64,000 nt of DNA from the human T2T-CHM13v2.0 reference genome, Homo sapiens, in the NCBI RefSeq assembly GCF_009914755.1, contig NC_060942.1; one strand, 5' to 3'. The notes below the pieces were generated by a model that saw only the letters and a program-made list of their open reading frames with translations, had not been told where the DNA came from and ran no database searches. The translations under genes and the position numbers were made by a program. Positions 42,520-55,660 of the stretch are shown here, in pieces. Position 1 is the first letter of the stretch. The number at the start of each line of letters is the position of its first letter.

Positions 42520-45500
42520 CAGGCATACTTCACTTAATTGTATATCCCTTTATCGCACTTCCCAGATATCGTGTTTTTTCACACATTGAAGGTTTGCAGC
42601 AACCCTACACTGAGAAAACCTATCAGTGCCATTTTCCCAAGGGTGTGTGTTCACTTCACGTCTCTGTGTCACATTTTGGTAATCCTCACAATATTCTCAC
42701 AATAGTTCAGACCTTTTCATTATTATTATATCTGCTATGGTGATCTATGATCACTGATCTTTGATGTTACTTTAATTGTTTTGAGGCACCACAAACCATA
42801 CCCATATGACAGCAAACTTAATCAATAAAGGTTGTGTGTGTTCTGAATGCTCCACTGACTAATCGTTTCCCATCTCTCTCCCTCTCCTCTAGCCTCCTTA
42901 TTCCCTGAGACACAACCATATTGAAATTAAACCAATTAATAACCGTCCCATGGCATCTAAGTGTTCAAGTGAAAGGAAGAGTCGCATATCTCTCACTTTA
43001 AATGAAAACCTAGAAAAAAATTAAGCTTAGTGAAGAAGGCATATCTAAAGCTGAGATAGGCCAAAAGCTAGACTTCTTGTGCCAAATAGTTAGCCAAGCT
43101 GTAAATGAAAAGGAAAAATTCTTTGAGAACATTAAAGCTGCTACTCCAGTGAACGCACAAATGACAAGAAAGCAAAACAGCCTTATTGCTGACAGGGAGA
43201 AAGCGTGAGTGGTCCAAATAGATCAAACCAGCAACAACTTTGTCTTAAGCCAAAGCCTAATCCAGAGCAAAGCCCTAACTCTTTTCAGTTCTATGAAGGC
43301 TGAGAGAGGTGAGGAAGCAACTGAAGAAAAGTCAGAAGCTAGCAGAGGTTGTTACATGAGGTTTAAGGAAAGAAGCTGTCTCCATAGCATAAAAGAGTTA
43401 CAGTAAATAGACAAGAATAAGGCAGGAGAGGGCTCTCCACTCACCAGGAATGTCAGGCGATCATCAGGTGATGGTTGGGTGGTTGTTAAACTGTCTCGCT
43501 AAGATAATAATTGGTCACAGCTGGCACCAGAAAAAGGCCGTCTCCAGGTAGATAGAAAACACCTGAAGCTAGTGATCACCTGCTTCCTGATAAGGTCTCA
43601 GGAATTGGGTGAGTGGGCTCCAGCATGTGTACTAAAAGGCAAAATGGCAGAGTTTAACTGGTATATGACCTTCTAGGAACACTTGACTGGTGAGGGAAGA
43701 ATGCCTCAAGTGAGCATGCATACAACTCCAATAATTACACTGCACATACAGCCCTTCCTAAGTGCTGACAGGCCACTGCACATGTGGACAGCCCAACCCG
43801 AGAAAAGAATCAGGAGAGAAGAGACACAAGACCCCAGAAGTATGCCAACATATAAAACCCTAAGTCAAAGGTCAAACTGCACACTTGAATCTCTCAAGTC
43901 ACCCGCTTGGGCCCCTTACAAGTGTACTCTGCTTCCTTTCATTCCTGCTCTAAAATTTTTTAATAAAATTTCAGATCTGCTCTAAAACTTGCCTCGATCT
44001 CTCCCTCTGCCTTATGCTCCTTGGTCAAATTCTTTCTTCTGAGGAGGCAAGCATTGAGTTTGCTGAAGACCCATACAGATTCACCACTGCTAACAAAACT
44101 ACAAGGTAAAGAAGCAAATGCTGATGTGGAAGCCACAGCAAGTTATGAAGAAAATCTAGCTACAATCATTAATGAAGGTGGCTACACCAAACCACAGATT
44201 TTCAAGAGAGACAAACGAGTCATCTATTGAAACAAGATGCCATCTAGGATTTTCATAGCTAAAGAAGGGAAGTCAATACCTGGCTTCAAAGCTTCAAGGA
44301 ACCGTCTAACTCTCTTGTTAGGGACTAATGCAGCTGATGACTTTAAATTAAAGCCAATGCTCATTTACCATTCTGACAATCTGATGGTTCTTAAGAATTA
44401 TGCTACATCTACTCTTGCTGGGCTCTAGAAATGGAACAACACAATCTGAATGACAGCACAGTTTGCTGAATATTATAAGCCTAGGAGTGAAACCTACTGC
44501 TCAGAAAAAAAGATTCCTTTCAAAATACTACTGCTATTGACAATGCACGTGGCCACCCAAGAGCCATGATGGAGATGTATAAGATTAATATTGTTTTCAT
44601 GCCTGCTAACACAACATCCATTCTTTAACCCATGAGTCAAGAAGTAATTTTGACTTTCAAGTCTTATGATTTAAGAAATACATTTCATAAGGCTATAGCT
44701 GCCAAAGATAGTAATTCCTGTGCTGGATCTGGGCAAAGTCAATTGAAGATATTTACCATTCTAGATGTCATTAAAACATTCATGATTCATAGGAGGAAGT
44801 CAAAATATCAACATTATCCGGAGTTTGAAAAAAGTTGATTTCAACCCTCATGGAAGGCTTTGAGGGGTTCAAGACCTCAGTGGAGGAAGTCACTGCAGGT
44901 GTGGTAGAAATAGCAAGAGAACTAGAATTAGAAATGGAACCTGAAGCTTTGACTGAATTCCTGCAATCTCAAGATCAAACTTTAACAGACACAAGTTGCT
45001 TCACATATATGAGCAAAGAAATTGATTTCTTGACATGAATCTACTCCTGGTGAAGATCCTGTGAACACTGTTAAAATAACAAAGGATTTAGAATATTACA
45101 CCAACTTAGCTGGTAAAGCAGCATTGGGGTTTGAAAGCATTGACTTTAATTTTGAAAGAAGTTCTACTACTGTGGGTAAAACGCTATCAAACAGCATCAC
45201 ATGCTATAGAGAAATATTTTTTAAAAGCAAGAGTCAATTGATAGAGCAAATTTATTGTCTGATTTTAAGAAATTGCCAGAGCCATCCCAGCCTTCAACAA
45301 TTATCACTTTGATCCCTCAGCAGCCACCAACATTGTGGCAAGACCCACCAGCAAAAAGATGATGACTCACTGAAGACTCAGATGTTCATTAGCATTTTTA
45401 GCAATCAAGTATTTTTTATTAATGTATGTACATTTTTAGATATAATACTACCACACACTACATAGACTATAGTACAGTATAAATATAACATTTATATTCA

Positions 45501-45598
45501 CTGGGAAACCAAAAAATTTGTGTGACTAACTTTATTATGATGTTCACTTTGTTGCAGTGGTTTGAAATCAAACCCTCGATATGTCTCAGGTACGCCTG
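42520..45598 (+). mobile_element. Full-length Tigger1 DNA transposon (decayed transposase, ATG at 42950 MASKCSSERKSR), split by MER50
   Basis: TIRs CAGGCATAC.../...GGTACGCCTG and TA TSDs. ORF fragments 43209-43406, 44237-44428 and 44632-44838 match the pogo/CENP-B-type transposase. About 2.4 kb remains after removing the LTR. Confidence 0.95.
43396..44095 (+). mobile_element. MER50 ERV1 solo LTR
   Basis: GGCAGGAGAGGGC...CAGGAATGTCAGGCGATCATCAGGTGATGG...CACCACTGCTAACA with TSD AAAG/AAAC inside the Tigger1 ORF. Confidence 0.85.
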
Positions 45599-46904
45599 TA
45601 ACATAACATAATAAATTTCAATTGTGAAATATATTGACCTAAACCTTTGCTTCTTTCAGGAAAAGTTACAGAGAGTATAATGTACTTACAAAAAACGTTT
45701 TTTAATAATCAGTGAAAGAATACAGGCATTGGTGGACAACATTTAAAGTAACATTATCTTCCTTGGCAATGATTTGGTAGAGATAAGGGAGAATGCTGGA
45801 AGAAGGTGGTTATTGCCCTCCTAAAATCCTCCTTGTGGTCCTAGGAGGCAATGGAAAGTTCTAGATGCTAACTCTGAGTGGTAATAGCAGGAACACTACT
45901 GCTGTCTTCACCCACCTCTTCTTACAAACATATATTCAGAGATTCACTTGAATTTTAGGCAGATTTGCTTTCTCTGCTTTCTCTGTTCTGTAAAGAATCA
46001 AGAGTCAGAAAGTTGCCCTAAGATCCTATATCCCAACCAGTATGCACCGAATGGGAATTCTAAATTAATGTATTATTATTGTCAACTGCAAAGGGAGCTT
46101 CCTAATATCCACTCTAATGAGAAAAGAAGAACAAAAATACAAGAAAATAAAGGAAAACAATAGCTTTTGCGCAGGAGAGATTATAGCAGAAAGATTTGAC
46201 ATTTATTTTACCAGAAGTTATTATCTAATATATTACAAGGTCAGACCTGTATGAATGATAAAAATCAGAGAATTATTAAGGCTCACAGACCATGTCTTCT
46301 ATTCTGAACAATTAGTGTTTGGGATACAACAAAACAAAGGTACTTTACACTTAAAGAATATTTTTCCCTCATTTAAATTTCATTCACTCCTTACCTAAAT
46401 ATCACTGACTCTTTTATTGGACCTTATTCACTTGTCATCATTATTGCTTTTTTCATCTCCTTACTATGGAAATAAAATATACATGCAAGAACCTTGGGCT
46501 GAACTTACATCAAGTCCCACTGGAACATTGTAATAATACAAAATAAATCCTGAAATATAGACTTAAAAATATAGATAGTTCTATGAAGCTGGAGTTTACA
46601 ATTTTTCTTTTCTAGAATCAGCCCTTAATCATACACCTCTTCTTTTCTTTTACTTACACAGAATTTCAACCCTTCTTGCTACATTCAAGACATAGAAATC
46701 CAGCCAGAAGACAACTCGAGATATTTTGTGGATCTATGCCTTTCCTTCAGAAAAGCAAATATCTACCATAAAAAAACACTGGTCCAATATTCACTTCTAT
46801 AAGAAATGCAGGGGCAAATAAATTATGGATTTTATTATCGCTAATAGAGTCACTTAACCATTACTCCTTACTACATTCTGCTTTTCTAACAAAATTTCGA
46901 CTGA

Positions 46905-47050
46905 ATATTCTCCCTCAGAGCCTCCAAAAGGAACCAACTGATGACAACTGATTTTGGACTTCTGGCCTCCTGAACTATAACAAAATAAACATCTGTTGTT
47001 TTAAGCAAGCCAGGTTGTGATTGTTACAGAAGCTCTAGGAAACTAAAATA
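46905..47050 (+). mobile_element. MLT1B/C 3' fragment
   Basis: GGACTTCTGGCCTCC...AATAAACATCTGTTGTTTTAAGC...CTAGGAAACTAA. Confidence 0.75.
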
Positions 47051-47262
47051 CTTAATATCTAAGTATCTTAAAACTAAGATACCTTCTTATACCTTCTTAT
47101 CATGCGATCATAGAAAATATGTCCAATTAGTCACAAGTGGGATTGGGCAAGAGAAGATGGATAAGGGGTGTAAATCCTTCACCACAATTAAGAAATTATA
47201 CGTAGAAATTGCATTCTATTGGTGAAGCAATAAAATCATTGTTGGGAATAAGAACAGCATTA

Positions 47263-47551
47263 CAGTGTGGTGGCTCAAACCTGTACTCCCAGCAATTTGG
47301 GAGGCTGAGGCAGGCGATTCACTTGAGGTCAGGAGTTCAAGATCAGCCTGGCCAACATGGTTAAACCCCATCTCTACTAAAAATACAAAAATTAGCAGGG
47401 CATGGTGGCGTGTGCCTGTAATCCCAGCTACTTGGGAGGCTGAGAAGCAGGAGAACCACTTGAACCTGGGAGGTGGAGGTTGTAGTGAGCCAAGATCGTG
47501 CCACTGCACTTCAGTCTGGGTGACAGAGTGAGACTCCATCTTAAAAAAAAG
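47263..47551 (+). mobile_element. AluS
   Basis: Alu dimer with a short tail. Confidence 0.94.
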
Positions 47552-47636
47552 AGAATATCAATATGGTATGGCTTAATATAGAATATAGAAGCCTGGGTTT
47601 CAGTCCTACCTTTACCACTTGCAATGTGCACATATC

Positions 47637-50600
47637 TTTTTATTATTATTATTTCAGTAGATTTGGGGGGAACCAGTAGTGTTTGATTACATGAATAAGT
47701 TCTTTAGTGGTGATTTCTGAGATTTTGGTGCACCCATCACCCGAGCTGTGTACAATGTATCCAATGTATAGTCTTTCATCCCTAACCTCCCTCCCACCCT
47801 CTCCTCTAAATTCCCAGAGTCCATTGTATCATTCTTATGCTTTTACATCCTCATAGCTTAGCTCCCACATATGAGTGAGAATATACAGTGTTTGGTTTTC
47901 CATTCCTGAGATACTTCACTTAGAAAAATGGTCTCCAATTCCATCCACATTGCTGCGAATGACATTATTTCACTTTTTTTTATGGCTGAGTACTATTCCT
48001 TGGTGTATATATATCACATTTTCTTTATCCATTCTTTGATTGATAGGCATTTGGGCTGGTTCCATATTTTTGCAATTACAGATTGTGCTGCCATAAACAT
48101 GCGTGTGCAGGTATCTTTTTTGTATAATGACTTCTATCCTTTCATCTGGGGTAGATACCTAGTAGTGGCATTGCTGGATCAAATGGTAGTTCTACTTCTA
48201 GTTATTTAAAGAATCTCCACACTGTTTTCCACAATGGTTTTACTAGTTTACATTCCCACCAACAATGTAAAAGTGTTCCCTTTTCACTACATCTACGCCA
48301 ACATCTATTTTATTTTAATTTTTTGATTATGCCATTCTTGCAGGAGTAAGGTAGTAACGCATAGTAGTTTTGATTTGCATTACCCTGATAATTTGTAATG
48401 CTGAGCATTTTTTTTTCTTATGTTTGTTGGCCATTTGTATATCTTCTTTTGAGAATTGTCTATTCATGTCCTTAGCCCACTTTTTGATGGGATTGTTTGA
48501 TTTTTCTTGCTGATTTGTTTGAGTTCCTTATAGATTCTGGATATAAGTCCTTTGTTAGAAGTACAGATTGTGAAGATTTTCTCCTACTTTGTAGGTTGTC
48601 TGTTTACTCTACTGATTGTTTCTTTTGCTGTGCAGAAGCATTTTAGTTTAAGTTCCATCTATCTTTGTTTTTGTTGCATTTGCTTTCGGGTTCTTGGTCA
48701 TGAAATCGTTGCCTAATCCAATGTCTAGAGGGGTTTTTCTAATGTTATCTTCCAGAATTTTTATGGTTTTGGGTCTTAAATTTAAGTATTTGATCTATCT
48801 TGAGTTGATTTTTTTATAAGATGAGAGAAGAGGATCCAGTTTCATTCTTCTACATGTGGCTAGCCAATTATCCCAGCACCATTTGTTGAATAGGGTCTCC
48901 TTTCCCCACTTTATGTTTTTGTTTGCTTTGTCAAAGATCAGTTGACTATATGTATTTGGTTTTATTTCTGGGTTCTCCATTCTGTTCCATTGGTTTATAT
49001 GCCTGTTTTTATACCAGTACCATGCTGTTTTGGTGACTATGGTCTTATAGGATAGTTTGAAGTCAGATAATGTGATGCCTCCAGATTTGTTCTTTTTACT
49101 TAGTCTTGCTTTTGGCTATGCAGGCAGGCCCATTTTGGTCCGATATGAATTTTAGAATTGTTTTTTTCTAGTTCTGTGAAGAATGATGGTAGTATTTTGA
49201 TGGAAATTGCACTGAATTTGTAGAGTGCTATTGGCAGTATGCCCATTTTCACAATATTGACTCTACCCATCCATGAGCATGGGATATATTTCGATTTGTT
49301 TGTGTCATCTATGATGTCTTTCTGCAGTGTTTTGTAGTATTTCCTATAGACGCCTTTTGCCTCCCTGGTTAAGTATATTCCTAAGAATTTTTTTTTTTTT
49401 TTTTTTGCAGCTACTGTCAAAGGGGTTGAGTTCTTGACTTGATTCTCAGCTTGGTTGCTGTTGGTATATAGCAGAGCCACTGATTTGTGTACGTTAATTT
49501 TGTATTCTGAAACATTGATGAATTCATTTACCAGTTCTAGGAGCTTTTGGGATGAGTCTTTGGATTTTCCAGGTATATGATCATTTCATCCACAAACAGC
49601 AACAGTTTAACTTCCTCTTTACCAGTTTGGATGCCCTTGATTTCATTCTCTTTTCTGAGTGCTCTGGCTAGGACTTCCAACACTATGTTGAATAGAAGTG
49701 GTGAAACTGGGCATCCTTGTCTTGTTCCAGTTTTCAGGGGGAATGCTTTCAATTTTTCTTCATTCAGCGTAATGTTGGTTGTGGGTTTGTCATAGATGGC
49801 TTTTATTTCCTTAAGGTATGTCCGTTCTATGCTGATTTTGCTGAGGATTTTAATCTTAAAGGGATACTGGATTTCGTCAAATGCTTTTTCTACATCTATT
49901 GAGATGACCATGTGATTTTTGTTTTTAATTTTGTTATGTGATATATCACATTTATTGACTTGGGGATGTTAAATCATCCCTGCAACCCTGGTATGAAACC
50001 CACTTGATCATGGTGGATTATCTTTTTTATGTGCTGTTGGATTCAGTTAGCTAATAATTTGTTGAAGATTTTTGCATCTGTGTTCATCAGGGATATGGTC
50101 TGTAGTTTTCTTTTTTTATTATGTCCTTTCCTTGTTTTGGTATCAGGGTGATGCTGGCTTCATAAGAATGACTTAGGGAGGATTCCCTCTTTATCTATCT
50201 TGTTGAATAGTGTCAATAGGATTGGTACCAATTCTTCTTTGGATGTCTGCTAGGATTCAACTATGAATCCGTCTGGGCCTGGACTTTTTTTTCTTGGTAA
50301 CTTTTTAATTACCATTTAAATCTCGCTGTTTCTTATTGGTCTGTTCAGAGCTGCTATTTCTTCCTGGTTTAATGTAGGAGAGTTGCATATTTTCAAGAAT
50401 TTATCCATATCCTCTAGGTTTTCTAGTTTATGCATGTAAAGGTGTTCATAGTAGCCTTGAATGATCTTTTGTATTTCTGTGGTATTGGATGTACGGTCTC
50501 CCATTTTGTTTCTAATTGAGCTTATTTGCATCTTTGCTCCTCTTTTCATGGTTAATCTTGCTAATGATCTATCAATTTTATTTATCTTTTCAAAGAACCA

Positions 50601-51537
50601 GCTGTTTCTTTCATTTATCTTTTATGTTTTTTGTTTCAATTTCATTTCGTTCTGCTCTAATCTTGGTTGTTTCTTTTCTTCTGCTGGGTTTGGGTGTGGT
50701 TTGTTCTTGTTTTTCTATCTGCTTGAGGTGTGACCTTAGATTGTCTGTGCTCTTTCAGACTTTTGGATGGAGGCATTTAAGGCTATGAACTTTCCTCTTA
50801 GTACCACCTTTGCTGTATCCCAGAGGTTTTGATAGGCTGTGTCACTATTATCGTTAAGTTCAAAAAATTTTAAAATTTCCATTTTGATTTCATTGTTGAC
50901 CCAGTGATCATTCAGGAGCAGGTTATTTAATTTCCATGTCTTTGCATGGTTTTGAGGGTTCCTTTTGGAGCTGGTTTCCAATTTTATTCCACTGTGGTCT
51001 GACAGAGTACTTGCTATAACTTCAATTTTCTTAAATTTGTTGAGACTTGTTTTGTGGCCTATCATATGGTCTATCTTGGAGAATGGAGAATGTTCCATGT
51101 GCTAATGAATAGAATGTATATTCTGCAGTTGTTGGGTAGAATGTTCTGTAAATACCTGTTAGGTCCATTTTTTCTAGGGTACAGTTTAAGTCCATTGTTT
51201 CTTTGTTGACTTTCTGTCTTGAAGACCTGTCTAGTGTTGTCAGTGGAGTATTGAAGCCCCCCGCTATTATTGTGTTGCTCTCTATCTCATTTTTTTAGGT
51301 CTAGTAGTAATTGTTTTATAAATTTTGGAGCAACAGTGTTAGGTGCAAATATATTTACAATTGTGATATTTTCCTGTTGAACTGTTTTTTTATTAATATA
51401 TAACGACGTCCCTCTTTATCTTTTTTAACTGCTGTTGCTTTAAAGTTTGTTTTGTCTGATATAAGAATAGCTACTCCTGCTTACTTTTGGTGTCCATTTG
51501 CACAGAATATCTTTTCCACCTTCTAACCTTAAGTTTA
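47637..51537 (-). mobile_element. 5'-truncated L1PB1-like (about 3.9 kb, decayed ORF2)
   Basis: L1PB 3' UTR (AATAAGTTCTTTAGTGGTGATTTCTGAGATTTTGGTGCACCCATCACC). Minus-strand ORFs between 48795 and 51098 are ORF2p fragments. Confidence 0.93.
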
Positions 51538-52295
51538 GCATATTCCTGGAATGTAGTAAGTACTAAATAAATGCTTATTACCTCTTAATGTCATATTTTT
51601 AACTGTTAATACACCAGCAAACAAAATAGGCACACAAAAAATCTATTCCAACGTTTTCTCAGGGGAATATTATAGTAAGTAAGGATATGGTATAAATATC
51701 TGAACTGCCAACCGGTGGAAGGACAAGCCACTTTTAGTAGCAAATAAGCTATTAACACATTATAAGGTAATTAGACTGATCCAGCCAGATACAAAGAAGT
51801 ACTTGCCTCATGTAACAGGAATTTTTTTTCAGAATTTTTAGGCAGGTTTTTTATTTAGACATACACACAAAAATATGTTTTCTGAAAGATTGTACACAAA
51901 AAACTGCCCTACTGAATCCTTGCCCATATACCCGTGAAAAGAGCTCTGAACTGAGCATTGGATTGACTTCAGACTCTGCTGTTCACTAGCTCTGTGACTT
52001 CCCTAAGTCTGTGTCCTCATGATTAAAAAAATAATGGGTAAAATATGTATCTTGTATAATTTTTGTAAGGATTGAATAATAATACAAGTGAATTAGAACT
52101 TTGTAGATTATAAGTTAATACACACTATGCAGTATTCTGTAACTGTAATGAAATGCTCTGAGGGCTGTGAACAGAAGGGTCAGGTCCAGGGTTCGAGCCC
52201 TACCCTAGGAGGTGATAATCCTGGAGAAGGCTGAATGTCGTGTCCAAGTTCACACATCTAGGGCAGAGGGAGCAACATGACCCTGGTCCAGTTAC

Positions 52296-52755
52296 TGTGA
52301 GAAAACATTTCTAATGGTCCATTTTCAAGGCATAATAAATCTATGTACTGGCAGCCTCCCTGCAGATGTAACAAACCACGCAGCTCATGCTTCTAGAAAG
52401 TCACAATAAGCAAACAGAATGTAGAGAAGACGTCAGCCCATAAATAGAAGACAGTTTCGTTATTGGGAAATCCAAACTTAAGCGGGGAAGGAGACCAGGA
52501 TATAACTTTATAAGGAAGATAATGAGACCTAGGCAATGTCCGGGAGGATTGTAACCCCATAGTGCTCAACCAATGAGGAACTAGGGGAGGGACTTGCGTG
52601 CTAGGAGGTAAATTACCTGCAGTAACTGCCCCAGGTGTGCCTGCCTACCAGACACCCAATCTTGCAAGACCACCATTAAAAGTCTTGCTTCCACTGTTCT
52701 TCATGTCTCTGAGTTAATTCTTCGGGTTTGGATGGGTAAATGTGTGTTTCTCACA
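52296..52755 (+). mobile_element. LTR32-like ERVL solo LTR (inside an older MLT1)
   Basis: TGTGAGAAA...TTTCTCACA termini and TSD GTTAC/GTCAC. The family name is from recall. Confidence 0.75.
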
Positions 52756-53567
52756 GTCACTTATCTCCTTCAAGCCTCTTGCAGTAACAGATAACTCTGG
52801 GTGACTGCCCAGATCACATGCATCCCTTCTTGAGAATGAGCCTGATTCATAGAAGCAGGTCATCAGGATGCAAATCTATTCTGTGTGACCCTGTTCCCTG
52901 AGCCATAGGTGATTGCTCCAGAGGTACAGACCCAACCAAAGCAGTCAATCATATTCTGTCTCATTTCAACTAAGGAACACAGATATGCAGAGCCTTGGAA
53001 TTGCTGGATCTGGGTATCCCTGGAGATAGGTATTCCAGAAGGAAGTCCAAAAATGGCTGCTGCCAAGTCTCTGGAATCTCCCAGATTTCTTTTTTTCCTA
53101 AATCAACTTTTCCTTTACTTTCATGACATAAGCCAATAGCTTTCTACCAAATTCTTCATTTTTACTTAAGTCAATTAGGTCTTCATCCTTGGTCATCATC
53201 ATGGTCATTCATCATCAGAAATGCAGGGGACTGATATTGCATTATTCTAATTTTACAGAAAATGTATGCACCTATTTAAAATACTATCTATAAGAAATAG
53301 TATAATATTATGTTTTATAAGCAATACAAGTCTAACTGACAAATAAACCCTGAATTCCACGTTATAATGTATTTTATTTAAGGTGGACAATTGGAAACTT
53401 ACTAACCAAAAGAAGTAGGGAGACAAGACAATGATATTTCTTGTTTATGTTCTTTTTGTTGAGGTTTTCAATAAACTGAAAAAGAATCAAACTTTCTACT
53501 AAAAGAAAAAAAAACCCAACTGTGACACTATCTTTTGCACTTTTTAACTACATATTTTTTTATTATA

Positions 53568-53821
53568 GGCTGAGGCGGGTGGATCACAAGGTCAGGAGTT
53601 GAAGGCCAGCCTGGCCAAGATGGTGAAACCCCATCTCCACTAAAAATACAAAAGTTAGCCGGGCATGGTGGCGGGCACCTGTAATCCCAGCTACTCGGAA
53701 GGCTGAGGCAGAGAATCGCTTGAACCCGGGAGCCAGAGGTTGCAGTGAGCTGAGATCGCACCACTGCATGCCAGCCTGGGTGACAGAGTGAGACTCCATC
53801 TCAAAGAAAAAAAAAAAAAAG
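53568..53821 (+). mobile_element. 5'-truncated AluSg-like
   Basis: GGATCACAAGGTCAGGAG...GGCCAAGATGGTG followed by poly(A). Confidence 0.93.
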
Positions 53822-54237
53822 AGTCTGTATGCCTATTTTGTTTATATACACATATACAATTGTAAAAAATAGATCTGGTTATTGCTACCAAAAATTTGTG
53901 AGGTTTTAAAATAGATCAGGTTACCAAATGAACATAATTGGAGTAAAATGCATAAACTGTTAACAAGACAATATACTAGGCAATATAAACACTATACATA
54001 AAATCAGAGGCAATAAAGAATATCTCAAGAATAAGGTCAATTCCCATGTCAAAATTTTACTGCTGAAATTTCAGAGGTCTGTTTTCCTTAATGACAAACT
54101 TTTAAAAAATTGATTAAATTGATGTAATAGCCTGGGAACTATCTTAAAGAACACAAAGACAGTATCAAAATCAGATCTTTCACTAATTTACCCTGAAATT
54201 ATAAGTTTTATAAATCTTCTTTAAAAATGGCTTTGTT

Positions 54238-54469
54238 GAGATCACATGGACACAGGAAGGGGAACATCACACTCTGGGGACTGTTGTGGGGTGGGGTGAG
54301 GGGGGAGGGATAGCACTGGGAGATATACCTAATGCTAGATGACGAGTTAGTGGGTGCAGCACACCAGCATGGCACATGTATACATATGTAACTAACCTGC
54401 ACAATGTGCACATGTACCCTAAAACTTAAAGTATAATAATAAAAGAAAAAAAAAAAGAAAATGTGGAAA
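54238..54469 (+). mobile_element. L1PA2-type 3' end (232 bp)
   Basis: GAGATCAC, GCTAGATGACGAGTTAGTGGG and AACTAACCTGCACAATGTG diagnostics, plus a 15-bp TSD AAAAATGGCTTTGTT. Confidence 0.93.
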
Positions 54470-54549
54470 AAAAATGGCTTTGTTTCCATCTATGTAGATC
54501 TTAACTCTTAACAATTGTCTTCATTTAAACACTCTTTTAAAAATAGGCA

Positions 54550-55660
54550 GGTGGTATAAAATGTATTTAGAAATGCAAAGAAACTAGAATAGTGAAACAA
54601 CCTTGAAAAATAATAACAAAGTTGGGGGCTTCCATTTCCTAAAATAAAGACTTGCTATAAAGCTGCGATCATCAAGACATGGTGGGATTGGTGTTAAAAC
54701 AAACAAATAGATCAATGGACTGTGCAGAAATAGACCCATACATGTATGATTGCATTAGTCAGCTAGAGCTGCCATAACGAGGTACCACAGATCAGCTGAC
54801 TTAAACAACAGAAATTTACTTTATCACAGTGCTGGAGGCTGGAAGTCCAAGATCAAGGGGTCAGCAGCATTGGTTTCTGGTGAGGCTTCTCTTCCTGGTT
54901 TGCAGGTGGCCACCTTCTCATTGTTTCTTTACATGGCCTTTTCCTCAATGCTCAAGTGGAGAGAGAATTTTCTGGTGTCTCTTTCCCTTCTTCTAAGGAT
55001 ACTAGGCCTACTAGATCAGGGAGTCCCGACCTTATGACCTCTTTTAACCTTAATTACCTCCTTAAAGACCCTCCCTTCAAAAACAACCATGTTGGGAGTT
55101 AGGGCTTCAACATATGGCATTAGGAGAGAAATAATTCATAACAATGGTCAATATTTTTTGCAGAGATGTAAAGGAATCCGTGTAGAATGGATAGTCTTTT
55201 CAACAAATGGTACTGGAACAATTGGATATCCATAGCCAAAGGGTGGGGAAAAAAGTACTTCAATCCATACATTGCCTCATATACAAAAATCAACTCAAAA
55301 TGGGTGATAGACCTAAATGTAAGAACTAAAACTACAGAACTTCCAAAGGCACTGTTAAAAATGAAAACAGCAAACTGAAAGAATATCTCTGCAAATAAAA
55401 TATCTGACAAAAGAGCTATATAAAGAACCCTCAAAACTCAATAAAAAAAAACCAAACAACCCAATCTTTAATGGGAAAAAGCTCTGAATGGACCTTTACC
55501 AAAGAAGATACATGGATGTCAAATAAGCCCATGAAAATATGATTAATATCATTAATCATTAGGAAAAGGGAAATTAAGACCACAATGGAAAACCACTACA
55601 CACCTATAAGAATGGCTAAAATTTAAAAACTGACTTTACCAAGTGTTGGTGAAAATGGAA
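54550..55660 (+). mobile_element. Old L1M ORF2 3' fragments (split by MLT1A)
   Basis: ORF 55187-55378 (DSLFNKWYWNNWIS...YTKINSKWVIDLNV) is ORF2p-like. Confidence 0.8.
54751..55143 (-). mobile_element. MLT1A MaLR LTR
   Basis: GCTGCCATAAC...CTGGAGGCTGGAAGTCCAAGATCAAGG...GGGCTTCAACATATG with TSD ATGAT/ATGGT. Confidence 0.88.

Noticed and set aside
42950-44838. Domesticated Tigger transposase gene (TIGD1-like)
   Set aside because: Multiple stops, frameshifts and a 700-bp LTR insertion disrupt the ORF.
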